A stretch of DNA of 64,000 nt, taken from assembly GCF_028368995.1 (NCBI RefSeq), contig NZ_JAQNDL010000001.1, positions 4,192,001-4,256,000 on the forward strand, written 5' to 3'. Under the pieces are notes generated by a model. It made no database searches. It worked only from the letters and a program-made list of their open reading frames with translations, and had not been told where the DNA came from. The translations under genes and the position numbers were made by a program. Positions 17,913 to 27,349 of the stretch are shown piece after piece (within the stretch, counting starts at the first letter, position 1; each line of letters begins with the position of its first letter). The stretch comes from Nannocystis bainbridge. GTDB taxonomy: Bacteria; Myxococcota_A; Polyangia; Nannocystales; Nannocystaceae.

Positions 17913-20603
17913 CTACGACTCGCCGCGCGGGGGCGCACTCGAGGCCGTTCCGCCGTCGCCCAGGGCCTCGTGGATCCGCTGCGCCAGCGCTGCGCCGACA
18001 CCTTTCACCTCGGTGAGGCGCGCCGGCGCCGCGGCGCGGATCTCCGCGACCGTGCCGAAGTGCTGGATCAGCGCCTTCTTCAGCGAAGGGCCGACGCCCG
18101 GGATGTCGTCGAGCGCGCTGTGCAGCGCTCGTTTGCCGCGGCGCTTGCGGTGGTGCGTGATGGCGAAGCGGTGGGCCTCGTCGCGGATCTGCGTCATCAA
18201 GTACAGCTCGGAGCTGCCGGGGCGCAGGCGGATCGCGTCCTTGGCTCCGGGTACGAACACGCGTTCCGGTTTGACCTCCCACTCCTCGGGCTCGTCGTCG
18301 GGCGTGCGCACCACGTAGTCCTGGTAGCTCTGGCCTGGCCGCTGCGACGCGTCGTCGTCGGGCTCCGCCGGCGCGGGCGCGTCCTCGGCCTTGAGCGAGC
18401 TCTCGGCGTCGATCCCGGCCGTGGCGTCGGCGTAGGTCTTGAACGTGCGCAGCCGCTGCAGCGCCGCCTTGCCGCGCCCGAGGCCCTGGCGCCGCTCCTT
18501 GGCCAGCGAGACGACGTCGACCCCGCCCTCGCCGATCGGGACCCCGAGGTCGTTCAGCGCCGCGATCACCCGCCCGAGCTGGCCCTTGCCGCCGTCGATC
18601 ACCAGCAGGTCGGGCAGCGCCCAGGTGTTCTCGACGACCTCGTCGGCCGCGCCGATCGCGACCTCGGCCTCGGCCTCGGTCGAATCATCTGTCTCTTCGG
18701 ACATGTCCTCGCCGACATTCGCGCGCTTGAGCCGGCGGCCGAGCACCTCGTACATGCTGCGGAAGTCGTCGTTCTGGCGGTCGCCCTGGGCCAGGCCGCC
18801 CAGGCCCCGGATCTTGAAGCTGCGGTAGCGCCGCTTGGCGGCCGCGCCGTCGACGAACACCACCATCGAGGCGACCGTGTCCTGGCCCTGGATGTGGCTG
18901 ATGTCGTAGCACTCGATCACCCGCGGCAGGCGCGACAGGCCGAGGCGCTGCTGCAGGGTGCGCAGGGCCTGCTCGCTGTCCTCGGCGCGGTTGCGGCGCG
19001 AGTTGAAGTTGGAGGCGGCGTTGCGCTGGGCCAGGATCGAGAGCTTCTTGCGGTCGCCGCGCTCGGGCACCAGCAGCGCGACCTTGCGGCCGCTGTGCTC
19101 GCGCAGCCACGACTTGAGCGGCGCCTCGTCGTCGTCGAGCAGCTCGGACGGCAGGAGCACCTCGTCGGGGATCGTCGGCGCGTCGTCGTAGTAGGCGACG
19201 AGGAAGCTGCCGAGCACGTCTGGGTCGGGCAGCTCCATGCCGCGGGCCGAGAACGTGCGCGTACCCATCAGCTTGCCCTGGCGCACGTGCATGACCACGA
19301 ACTCGACCTGGCCGCCCTCGCGGTACATGCCGACGACGTCCTGGTCGAGCGTGACCGAGCCGACCACCTGCTGCCGCTCGAGGCTGGTGCTGATCGCCGA
19401 GAGCTGGTCGCGCAGGCGGGCCGCCGTCTCGAACTCGAGCGCGCCGGCGGCGTCCTCCATCTGCGTGGTGAGGCCGGCGACCAGCTCCTTGTGGCGGCCC
19501 TCGAGGAACAGGCCGACGCCCTTGACCTGCTGGCCGTAGGCGTCGCGGTCGACCGGATAGACGCACGGCGCCGGGCAGCGGCCGATCTGGTGCTGCAGGC
19601 ACGGGCGCTTGCGGTGCGTCAGGGTGTAGTCGGTGCAGGTGCGCAGCTTGAAGTAGCGGTTGACGACCTTCAGCGTGTGGCGGGCGCTCTGGGCCGAGTG
19701 ATACGGGCCGAAGTAGCGGGCGCCGTCCTGACGCATGCGCCGGACCAGCTCGAGCCGCGGCCATTTGGCCTTGGGGTCGAGGCGCAGGACCAGGAACTGC
19801 TTGTCGTCGCGCAGCTTGACGTTGAAGCGCGGCTTGTACTTCTTGATGAGATTATTCTCGAGCAGCAGCGCCTCCTTGTCGTTGGAGGTCACCACCGTCT
19901 CGATGTCGCCGAGCGTGTGCGCCAGGTACGGCACGAACAGCCGCGGGTCGGTGCCGTTGAAGTACTGGCGCACGCGCGCGCGCAGCCGCTTGGCCTTGCC
20001 GACGTAGACCACGTCGCCCTTGCGGTCGCGCATGATGTAGACGCCGGGCAGGTCGGGCAGGCGCTCGACGATCTCCGCCAGCTCCTCGGCCGTGCCGGCG
20101 CGCGGCTGCCACACCGCGTCGGCCTGGATCGCCGCCAGCGCCTCGGTCTTGGCCGAACCGGCGAACCGGCCCGGCGCGTCGAGGTCGGCGGCGCCGCCGT
20201 CGGCGACCTCGAAGCTCTCGAGCACGTCCTCGGTCTCCGGCGCGTACGCCTCGGTCGAGGGCGGCTTCGGGGCGTCGTCCGGATATGGCTTTTGGGACAT
20301 GCCCTCGGGGACATGTCCTGAAGCGCCGGCCGCCGATGCCTTGCGGCCGCCCCGGGACGGCCTCGCGGGCGCCGGCTGGGAGGCGCTCGCGGGCGCCGGC
20401 TGGGGGGCGCTCGCGGGCGCCGGCCCGGAGGCGCTCGCGGGCGCCGGCCCGGCGCTCGCGGGCTCCGCGGCGTCTTCGACATGTGTCCCCGGGGACATGC
20501 CCTCAGGGGCATGTCCCGAAGGACTGGTCACAGCGGAGGCGGCGGGCGGCGCAGCGGGCGGGGCTTCGGGGCTATTCGGGGGTCGTCCTTGACGCGCGGC
20601 CAT
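17913..20603 (-). CDS. uvrC: Excinuclease ABC subunit C with long low-complexity N-terminal extension
   Basis: GIY-YIG (PGVYIM...YVGKAK), Cys cluster, UVR domain, IECYDISH, DGGKGQL, RDEAHRFA, HhH2; start codon uncertain. Confidence 0.95.
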   Translation of the reverse strand: MAARQGRPPNSPEAPPAAPPAASAVTSPSGHAPEGMSPGTHVEDAAEPASAGPAPASASGPAPASAPQPAPASASQPAPARPSRGGRKASAAGASGHVPEGMSQKPYPDDAPKPPSTEAYAPETEDVLESFEVADGGAADLDAPGRFAGSAKTEALAAIQADAVWQPRAGTAEELAEIVERLPDLPGVYIMRDRKGDVVYVGKAKRLRARVRQYFNGTDPRLFVPYLAHTLGDIETVVTSNDKEALLLENNLIKKYKPRFNVKLRDDKQFLVLRLDPKAKWPRLELVRRMRQDGARYFGPYHSAQSARHTLKVVNRYFKLRTCTDYTLTHRKRPCLQHQIGRCPAPCVYPVDRDAYGQQVKGVGLFLEGRHKELVAGLTTQMEDAAGALEFETAARLRDQLSAISTSLERQQVVGSVTLDQDVVGMYREGGQVEFVVMHVRQGKLMGTRTFSARGMELPDPDVLGSFLVAYYDDAPTIPDEVLLPSELLDDDEAPLKSWLREHSGRKVALLVPERGDRKKLSILAQRNAASNFNSRRNRAEDSEQALRTLQQRLGLSRLPRVIECYDISHIQGQDTVASMVVFVDGAAAKRRYRSFKIRGLGGLAQGDRQNDDFRSMYEVLGRRLKRANVGEDMSEETDDSTEAEAEVAIGAADEVVENTWALPDLLVIDGGKGQLGRVIAALNDLGVPIGEGGVDVVSLAKERRQGLGRGKAALQRLRTFKTYADATAGIDAESSLKAEDAPAPAEPDDDASQRPGQSYQDYVVRTPDDEPEEWEVKPERVFVPGAKDAIRLRPGSSELYLMTQIRDEAHRFAITHHRKRRGKRALHSALDDIPGVGPSLKKALIQHFGTVAEIRAAAPARLTEVKGVGAALAQRIHEALGDGGTASSAPPRGES
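20281..20534. repeat. Two 14-bp-phase clusters flanking a 21/24-bp tandem repeat in the uvrC 5' extension
   Basis: Units at 20281, 20295, 20309 and 20479, 20493, 20507, 20521; between them gcgctcgcgggcgccggc x4-5 (PAPASAS). Confidence 0.85.
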
Positions 20604-20611
20604 GGGCCATC

Positions 20612-21700
20612 TCAGCCGAAGAGGTGCGAGAACAGGTCGTTGCGGATCGTGACCCAGAGGATGAGGCCGAGCAGGGCCAGCATGCCGATGCCGTGCACGG
20701 TCTCCTCGATGCGCGGGGTGACGCGCCGGCGGGTCACGGCCTCCCACAGCAGGAACACGAAGCGGCCGCCGTCGAGGGCCGGCAGCGGGAGCAGGTTGAA
20801 CAGGCCGAGCAGGGTGCTCATCTTGATGGCGATCTCGAGGAAGGCCTCGACGCCGCGCTCGGCCGACTTGGCGATTTCGCGGACGATGCCGACGGGGCCG
20901 CTCATCTTGCCCTCGATGCGGCCGGTGACCCACTTGCCGAGCGCGTCGAGCTGGAAGGCGCTGAACTTGATCGGGAACAGGACGGCGGTCTTGGCGGCGA
21001 CGCCGACCGGGTGAGTCTCGCGGGTGACCTCGCCGGGCGACATCTGGATGCCGATCTTGCCCTCGGCGGTCAGCGGCAACTGCAGCGCGACCTCCTGGCC
21101 GTCGCGGCGCACGACCGTCTCGACGGTCTCGCCCTTGTGCGCGGCGGTGGTGGCGAGGATCTTGTCCTGGGTGCCGCGGCCGGTGATGTCGTCGCCGGCG
21201 ATCTTGACCAGCTCGTCGCCGGCCAGGAGGCCCGCGGTCTGGGCCGCCGGCTCGATCACGTTGTCGACCCGCATCGACAGCGGGACCTCGTTGCCGACCA
21301 TCGTCAACGCGACGAAGCCGAGCACCATCGCGGTGAGATAGTTGGCGAGCGGGCCGCCGAGGATGGCGAGCATGCGGGCCCAGATCGGGCGATTGCGATA
21401 GAGCGTGGGATCGTTGGGGTCGTGCTCGGGGACCTCGCCGGGGCGCCCGCCCTCGGCCACCGCGATCGAGGGGGCGTCGTCCGCCTCCATGCCGACGATG
21501 TGGACATAAGCGCCGAACGGGATGGCGCTGAGGACGAACTCGGTGCCGCGCCACACGCCCAGCCGCGCGACCACCGGACCGATGCCGAACACGCTGAAGC
21601 GGTCGACCTTCATGCCGGTCGCGACGGCGCAGATGTAGTGCCCGAACTCGTGAACGATGATTAAAAGCGAGAGCGCGACGATCGCGAGGAGGGTGGCCAC
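20612..21700 (-). CDS. rseP: RIP metalloprotease (M50B) with PDZ domain
   Basis: HEFGH, GGPLAN, NLLPLPALDGG. Confidence 0.92.
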   Translation of the reverse strand: MATLLAIVALSLLIIVHEFGHYICAVATGMKVDRFSVFGIGPVVARLGVWRGTEFVLSAIPFGAYVHIVGMEADDAPSIAVAEGGRPGEVPEHDPNDPTLYRNRPIWARMLAILGGPLANYLTAMVLGFVALTMVGNEVPLSMRVDNVIEPAAQTAGLLAGDELVKIAGDDITGRGTQDKILATTAAHKGETVETVVRRDGQEVALQLPLTAEGKIGIQMSPGEVTRETHPVGVAAKTAVLFPIKFSAFQLDALGKWVTGRIEGKMSGPVGIVREIAKSAERGVEAFLEIAIKMSTLLGLFNLLPLPALDGGRFVFLLWEAVTRRRVTPRIEETVHGIGMLALLGLILWVTIRNDLFSHLFG

Positions 21701-21725
21701 CGCGGGACTATAGCAGCGGGCGAGC

Positions 21726-22313
21726 TCAGGTCCCGAGCGGGCGGTCGAGCTGGCTCAAACCGACCCAGCCGAGGCGCTTGCGCACGAACAGCGCGGCGCG
21801 TTCGGCGACGCCGCGGTCGGGCGCGGGGCTCCACGCCGCCCGCTGGCCGCGAGCTGCCAGCTCGTGTTCGACGGCCTGCTGGGCCGAAACGAGCCCGCCG
21901 GCCAGGTTGCCGAGCACCTGCGCGCCGAGCCGGGCCTCGACCGCGAGGATCTCCCCCGGCACGAGCGCGGCTCGCTTGCCGCTCTCGAGCTGATTCAAAC
22001 CCCAGGTCATGAGCTGGGGGTCGACGACGCGGTCGACCAGCAACCACCGCTCGCCGCGGGCCGCCCGCGCCGCCTCGATCACGGCCATGCCCTGACGCAC
22101 GTCCTGGAGGATCCGCAGCTCGGGCTGGCGCGCGTGCAGGACGCTGAGCAGGCTGAGCGTGTTGTCGACGGAGGTCTGGTCGACCGCCAACACCTCGAAC
22201 GGCTTGGCCTTGGCCCCGAGGCCCCGCACGGCCTCCACCGAACGCCGCACCATCTGGGTCACGGCCGGTTCACGGTTCCGCAGCAAGAGGATGACGCTGA
22301 GCGACAATTGCAT
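21726..22313 (-). CDS. Glycosyltransferase family 2-like protein, short/degenerate
   Basis: LSVILLLRN, FEVLAVDQTSVDNT, AARGERWLLVD resemble the GT-A fold N-terminus. Confidence 0.6.
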   Translation of the reverse strand: MQLSLSVILLLRNREPAVTQMVRRSVEAVRGLGAKAKPFEVLAVDQTSVDNTLSLLSVLHARQPELRILQDVRQGMAVIEAARAARGERWLLVDRVVDPQLMTWGLNQLESGKRAALVPGEILAVEARLGAQVLGNLAGGLVSAQQAVEHELAARGQRAAWSPAPDRGVAERAALFVRKRLGWVGLSQLDRPLGT

Positions 22314-22738
22314 GGCGGCGTGCGTGGGGGAGTACTCCCTCACTATGCCCGGTAATAGTAGCGAACGCCGCTCATCGTCAACTAATCACCGTCTGACGGC
22401 CGGAGCGCCCGAGGACGGCTGAGGGAATTCCGCATCTCCACTCGAAGGCTCGGGCCGTCCTCCGAGCCAAGTGACGGCCCGCGCCGCGACGATCTCGGCG
22501 GCCTCGACCGTGGCAAGGCACCGTGCGCAAGCTCAAGCGCTCGGCGGCCCTTCGCAGCCACGCCCTGAGGGACCGCGCACAGAGCGACTCGGGGGCCCGA
22601 TTATTTTCGCCGGGCCTGCAAAGCAGCAGCCGCTGCGAGCGACCTCCCCGCGGGGGCAGTTTCGCGTATCATCCGCGCGCCGCTCGTGAATGCCCCTCAC
22701 GGGCTCGCGCGACCACAAAGAAGAACCAGAGCATTCTC

Positions 22739-23392
22739 ATGGCTGGCGTCAATAAAGCCATCGTCCTCGGCCGCCTCGGCCGCGACCCGGAGCTTCGGTA
22801 CATGCAGAACGGGCAGCCGGTCTGCAAGCTCAACGTCGCTACTTCGCGCAAGTACCAGAACAAGAACAACGAGATGGTCGAGGAGACCGAGTGGCACCGG
22901 ATCACGGTGTGGGGCAAGCAGGCCGAGCACTGCAACAACTTCCTCACCAAGGGCCGCGAGGTCTACGTCGAAGGCCGCCTGCGCACCTCCTCGTACGAGA
23001 AAGAGGGCCAGAAGCACTACACGACCGAGATCGTGGCCGACACGGTGCAGTTCATCGGCGGCCGCGGTGAAGGCGGCGGCGGTGGTGCCGAAGGCGGCGG
23101 CGCCGGGGGTGGTAGCGGCTACAGTGGCGGCGGCGGCGGTGGGAGCCGCGGCGGCGGCGGCGGTGGCGGCTACAACCGCGGCGGCGCTGGTGGCGGTGCC
23201 GCTGGCGGCAGTCGCGGCGGCGGCGGTGGTGGCTACAACCGCGGCGGTGGCGGTGGTGGCGGCTTCGGCGGTGGCGGCGGCGGCTTCGAAGACGACGGCA
23301 GCGGCGGCGGTGGTGCTGGTGGCGGCGGCAGCGAGCCGTACGACAACAACTACATGCCGTCCGACCCGGGCGACGACGACATCCCGTTCTGA
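22739..23392 (+). CDS. ssb: Single-stranded DNA-binding protein with very long Gly-rich linker
   Basis: NKAIVLGRLGRDPE, TEWHRI, VYVEGRLRT; C-terminal DDDIPF. Confidence 0.97.
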   Translation: MAGVNKAIVLGRLGRDPELRYMQNGQPVCKLNVATSRKYQNKNNEMVEETEWHRITVWGKQAEHCNNFLTKGREVYVEGRLRTSSYEKEGQKHYTTEIVADTVQFIGGRGEGGGGGAEGGGAGGGSGYSGGGGGGSRGGGGGGGYNRGGAGGGAAGGSRGGGGGGYNRGGGGGGGFGGGGGGFEDDGSGGGGAGGGGSEPYDNNYMPSDPGDDDIPF

Positions 23393-23420
23393 GGCCCGCA
23401 CCCGGGTCTCGTAGGTCCGA

Positions 23421-23565
23421 GGGCCTGGCGTGAGGGACATGTCCCACGCGCCAGGGCCTTTGGGACATGTCTAGAAAGACCGCTGGCTTCGGGCGCCGTG
23501 CGTGAGCTGGCGCGCAGTCGCGCCAGGCTCGATGATCGGACCTGCCCCGCGGGACAGCCGAGCTC
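23421..23565. repeat. 14-bp-phase clusters between convergent ssb and ttcA
   Basis: gggcctggcgtgag|ggacatgtcccacg|cgccagggcctttg|ggacatgtctagaa (23421-23476); ggacctgccccgcg|ggacagcc (23538-23559). Confidence 0.85.
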
Positions 23566-24427
23566 AGGGCAGCACGGTCAGGCGGCGCGGGCCCGGCTTG
23601 GCCGGCTGGGGCAGGTCGGGCACGGCGACCTCGTCGGGCTCGCCGCGCGCGTGCAGGCGCGCGTCGAGCAGGTGCGACGGCGCCACGTTCTTGAGCGCGC
23701 TCAGCATCACCGAGCGGACGTCGGGGTTGTCTTGCTCGAGCTGGGTGATGAGCGCCGACATCTTGTCGCGGCGGAGGTTGTCCTGCGAGCCGCACAGGTT
23801 GCACGGCAAGATCGGGTAGCCGGCCGCAGCTGCGTGGGCGGCGATGTCGGCCTCGGCGCACTCGACGAGCGGGCGGATCACGCGGAAGCGGCCGTCGTCG
23901 GTGGTGTAGCCGGCGGGCATCGCCTGCAGGCGGCCGGCGTAGAACAGGTTGAGCAGCAGCGTCTCGAGGCTGTCGTCGCGGTGGTGGCCGAGGGCGATCT
24001 TGTTGCAGCCGAGCCGCTCCGCCGCGGTGTAGAGGATCCCCCGCCGCAGCCGCGAGCACATCGAGCAGAACGCCTTGCCCGCGGGCGTGTGGGCCACCAC
24101 CGGCGTGTACGTGTCCTCGCGCAAGATCTCGAAGGGCGCCCCGAAGCGCTCGAGCCAGCGGCGCAGCGGCGCCCCGTCGTAGCCGGGCTGGACCTGGTCG
24201 AGGTGCACCGCCACCACGTCGAAGCGGAACGGCGCCCGCGCCCGCGCCTCCCACAGCAGGTCGAGCAGCGTATAGCTGTCCTTGCCGCCGGACACCGCCA
24301 CCATCACGCGGTCGCCGGCGCCGATCAGGTCGTAGCTGGCGATCGTCTTGACCATCGCGCGCGCGAGCGTGCGCCGCTGCGGGGAGCGGCCGCCCGGGGC
24401 GAGGAAGTTGTCGTTCGAGTCGGTCAC
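23564..24427 (-). CDS. ttcA: tRNA 2-thiocytidine(32) synthetase
   Basis: SGGKDS PP-loop, CSMCSRLRRG, LGHHRDD, PCNLCGSQ. Confidence 0.95.
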   Translation of the reverse strand: MTDSNDNFLAPGGRSPQRRTLARAMVKTIASYDLIGAGDRVMVAVSGGKDSYTLLDLLWEARARAPFRFDVVAVHLDQVQPGYDGAPLRRWLERFGAPFEILREDTYTPVVAHTPAGKAFCSMCSRLRRGILYTAAERLGCNKIALGHHRDDSLETLLLNLFYAGRLQAMPAGYTTDDGRFRVIRPLVECAEADIAAHAAAAGYPILPCNLCGSQDNLRRDKMSALITQLEQDNPDVRSVMLSALKNVAPSHLLDARLHARGEPDEVAVPDLPQPAKPGPRRLTVLP

Positions 24428-24849
24428 GAGCCGATGATGGTGAGGGTGAGGCGGCGCCGGTGACCGGCGTGGCGGTGCTCCCAGAGATAGATGCCCTGCC
24501 AGGTGCCGAGCGCGCAGCGGCCGGCCTGCACGGGGATCGACAGCGAGGTCTGGGTCAGCGCGCTGCGGACGTGGGCCGGCATGTCGTCGGGGCCCTCGGC
24601 GTCGTGGCGGAACAGCGGGTCGCCGTCGGGCGCGAGGCGGTGGAACAGGCGCTCGAGGTCGCGGTGGACCTCGGGGTCGGCGTTCTCGGTGATCAGCAGC
24701 GAGGCGCTGGTGTGGTGGATGAACACGGTGACGAGGCCGTGGCGCAGCTTGCTGTCGCGCACGAACGCCTGCACCTCGGCGGTGACGTCGACGAGGCCGC
24801 GGCCGCGAGTGGCGACCTCGAGCTCGTGGGACTCGAGCGACAGCGTCAT
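24424..24849 (-). CDS. yjbQ: YjbQ/UPF0047 family protein
   Basis: HTSASLLITENADP, EGPDDMPAH, LGTWQGIYLWEHR. Confidence 0.92.
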   Translation of the reverse strand: MTLSLESHELEVATRGRGLVDVTAEVQAFVRDSKLRHGLVTVFIHHTSASLLITENADPEVHRDLERLFHRLAPDGDPLFRHDAEGPDDMPAHVRSALTQTSLSIPVQAGRCALGTWQGIYLWEHRHAGHRRRLTLTIIGS

Positions 24850-25106
24850 TTCTGGTGGTTCGCCTTCCACTCGGCGTAGGTCATGCCGTAGACGATCTCG
24901 CGCGCCTCGTCCTGGGTCAGCGGGATGCTCCGCTCCGCTGCGGCCTCCTGGTACCAGCGCGACAGGCAGTTGCGGCAGAACCCCGCCAGGTTCATCAGGT
25001 CGAGGTTCTGCACGTCGGTCCGCTCGCGCAGGTGCGCCACCAGGCTGCGGAACGCGGCCGCCTCGAGTTGCTCGGTCTGCTCCGGGGTCAAGCGCTCGCT
25101 CGTCAT
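24846..25106 (-). CDS. DUF1244 family protein
   Basis: EAAAFR, DVQNLDLMNLAGFCRNCLSRWY, YGMTYAEWK. Confidence 0.88.
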   Translation of the reverse strand: MTSERLTPEQTEQLEAAAFRSLVAHLRERTDVQNLDLMNLAGFCRNCLSRWYQEAAAERSIPLTQDEAREIVYGMTYAEWKANHQK

Positions 25107-25171
25107 GACATGTCCTCTCGTACAGGGTTCTTCGTGCATGTCCTGGCGGCCATGTCGTAAAGAACACAGCG
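25106..25171. repeat. 14-bp-phase array (5 units) immediately upstream of DUF1244 gene
   Basis: tgacatgtcctctc|gtacagggttcttc|gtgcatgtcctggc|ggccatgtcgtaaa|gaacacagcg. Confidence 0.8.
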
Positions 25172-25193
25172 CAACGGCCAGGCGCGCAGGGGC

Positions 25194-25787
25194 CTAGAAG
25201 AAGATGCCGTTCACGAGGGTCAGCGGCTCGTGGCGCAAGGTCCGCCAGGTGAAGTCGAGCAGCACCCGGTCGAAGTTGTCGCGCGGGTGAGCGGCGAACA
25301 CGGCGGCCACCGGGGCCTTCGGCAGGCCGAAGCGCAGCAGCCCGTGGGTGTGCTCGATCTGGACCGCGCGGCGGAACGCGTCCGCCTGCGGCGACAGGTT
25401 CGGCACCGGCAGCAGGCGGTGGTTGTAGACCAGGCACTCGTCGACCACGTCTTGCGCGGCCGTGAGACGGAAGCCGGCCATCTCGCGCTCGAACAGGCTG
25501 CGGCTGCGCTCGAGGTAGGTGCGGCCGGTGTCACCACGGCTGACGATCCCGAGGTCGTGGCACATGGCGATCGCGTAGGCGAGGTCGCGCGCGAGCGGGG
25601 TGCCCTCCTTCGCCAGCAGCATCTCGGTGAACAGGAACAGGCGCCGGCAGTGGTTGCGGAAGCCGTCGCCGTCGTAGGGGCTCGTGGCCTCGAAGACCTC
25701 CTCCGCGTGGGCGGCGAGCGGGCTCGTGGGCAACGAGGGGGCGGCCGGGGCGGTGAGGGTCTCGGTGGCGGACGCGAGCACTGGCAA
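25194..25787 (-). CDS. HD-superfamily metal-dependent hydrolase-like protein
   Basis: NHCRRL...CHDLG...NH motif spacing; start uncertain. Confidence 0.6.
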   Translation of the reverse strand: MPVLASATETLTAPAAPSLPTSPLAAHAEEVFEATSPYDGDGFRNHCRRLFLFTEMLLAKEGTPLARDLAYAIAMCHDLGIVSRGDTGRTYLERSRSLFEREMAGFRLTAAQDVVDECLVYNHRLLPVPNLSPQADAFRRAVQIEHTHGLLRFGLPKAPVAAVFAAHPRDNFDRVLLDFTWRTLRHEPLTLVNGIFF

Positions 25788-25899
25788 AAATCTACCGCAG
25801 ACCCGCGCGGGGCACGACAAAACCGACGTGAGGCACCCCCGCGCAAGGCCTGTGGCAGCGGGGCCGACGCTGGGGCAGAACGCGCGCGGAGCGGCCGCC

Positions 25900-26601
25900 T
25901 CAGGCCATCGGACGCACACCGAGGTCGTCGAGCAGCAGCTCGACCACGAGGCGCTGGAGCTCGATCCGCCGGGACTCCGGCAGGCCCATCCACGTCTCGA
26001 CGCAGATCCCCACGCAGCCGGTGGCCTCGACGATGACCTCGGTGGACGACGTCGCGACAGGGTAGTACTGCGGGGCCCAGCGCTCGTCCTCGCCGGCGAT
26101 CCGCGCGTTGAGGCGGTCGATCGTGCGGGCGATGATCGCGGGCATCGGCTCGACGCCGTAGACCAGCGTCTGCCCGAACGACGGCTTCACGTCGGGGTGG
26201 TAGCGCTTGTGGCTCTCGTGAAGGGTCGCCATCAGCGTCGGCCGCTCGGCCAGCACGAGGTCCATGAAGCGGCGGGCCAGCTGGCGCTCGCGCTCGGGCG
26301 CGTCGACGTCGCCGGGGAAGCAGCGGTTGAGGTCGAGGCCGCCGGGGGCGCTGCGCTGGCGGGCGCGATAGGCCGGCGGGTTCATCACCGGGACCACGAT
26401 CAGCCGCCCGCGGCTGGGCCGCAGGTGCTCCTCGAGCATCTCTTGCAGCGCGTGCACGCCGGCGACCTCGTCGCCGTGAATGCCGGCCTGAATCAGCGCG
26501 ACCGGGCCCGGCTCGGCGGCGTCGAAGACGTGGATCGGCAGCGTGGGCGAGAACCAGTGGACCCCGGGCGACAGACGCGACACCGGGCGAGGGTGCCTCA
26601 C
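25900..26601 (-). CDS. Succinylglutamate desuccinylase/aspartoacylase family (M14-like)
   Basis: GIHGDEVAG, DLNRCFPG, TLHES zinc-binding motifs. Confidence 0.85.
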   Translation of the reverse strand: MRHPRPVSRLSPGVHWFSPTLPIHVFDAAEPGPVALIQAGIHGDEVAGVHALQEMLEEHLRPSRGRLIVVPVMNPPAYRARQRSAPGGLDLNRCFPGDVDAPERERQLARRFMDLVLAERPTLMATLHESHKRYHPDVKPSFGQTLVYGVEPMPAIIARTIDRLNARIAGEDERWAPQYYPVATSSTEVIVEATGCVGICVETWMGLPESRRIELQRLVVELLLDDLGVRPMA

Positions 26602-26650
26602 CGGCGCGCCCGGGGGCAAGAGGCCGAGGCTGTCCCGAAGGACAGGTCGC

Positions 26651-27349
26651 TCACGGCGGGCCGGGCAGGTCGGTCGGCGCCTCGACCCCGAGCGTGCGGC
26701 ACGTGGGCGAGTTGGCGACGCCGGTGTGGTCGGGCATGGTGCCGAGGATGCGGTCGCCGAGGTGGGTGGTGACGCCCTGCCAGTAGTGCTCGTTCTTGAA
26801 GTGGTGCAGGCGGTGGTAACGCCAGATCCGGCGGTAGAACTCGCCCTGGGGCTTGTAGCCGGTGTGGGTCAGGTAGTGCGTCCACTCGTAGAGGAAGGCC
26901 ATCGTCACCGAGCCGAGCACGCCGGTGAGGGCCACCTGCGGCGTGGGCGCGAGCAAGAACCACACCGCCGCGAACATCGCCAGGCCGAGCCAGCCGGCGC
27001 GCCGCGGGATGAACACCAGCTCGAGCCGCCACGGGTCGCGGTGGTGGGCGCGGTGGAACTTGGCGATCTGCAGATCGAAGGCGCGGCCGAACAGCGTGGT
27101 CGGCTTGAAGTGGAGGATGTAGACGTGGATCAGCCACTCGGCGAACGGCTGCACCGCGAGGAGGATCGGCACGACCAGCAGGTCGGCCCATCCGAAATCG
27201 CCGGCGGCCACCCGCGTGGCCACCAGCAGCGGCCACATCACCGCGAAGATCCGCGGGCTGTGGAAGGTGAAGAAGGCGCGCGCGGCCTGTCCCAGCGTGG
27301 GGTTCTTGCCGTCGCGGCCGCCCATGGGTTCGTGCTCATGGCTGGTCAT
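26651..27349 (-). CDS. Sterol desaturase/fatty acid hydroxylase family protein
   Basis: His boxes HVYILH, HRAHH, HYLTH, HRLHH; TM segments. Confidence 0.88.
   Translation of the reverse strand: MTSHEHEPMGGRDGKNPTLGQAARAFFTFHSPRIFAVMWPLLVATRVAAGDFGWADLLVVPILLAVQPFAEWLIHVYILHFKPTTLFGRAFDLQIAKFHRAHHRDPWRLELVFIPRRAGWLGLAMFAAVWFLLAPTPQVALTGVLGSVTMAFLYEWTHYLTHTGYKPQGEFYRRIWRYHRLHHFKNEHYWQGVTTHLGDRILGTMPDHTGVANSPTCRTLGVEAPTDLPGPP

Noticed and set aside
17913-21554. 1213-aa ORF suggesting an RseP-UvrC fusion
   Set aside because: The upstream part is an off-frame read through rseP; rseP has its own frame and stop at 20612
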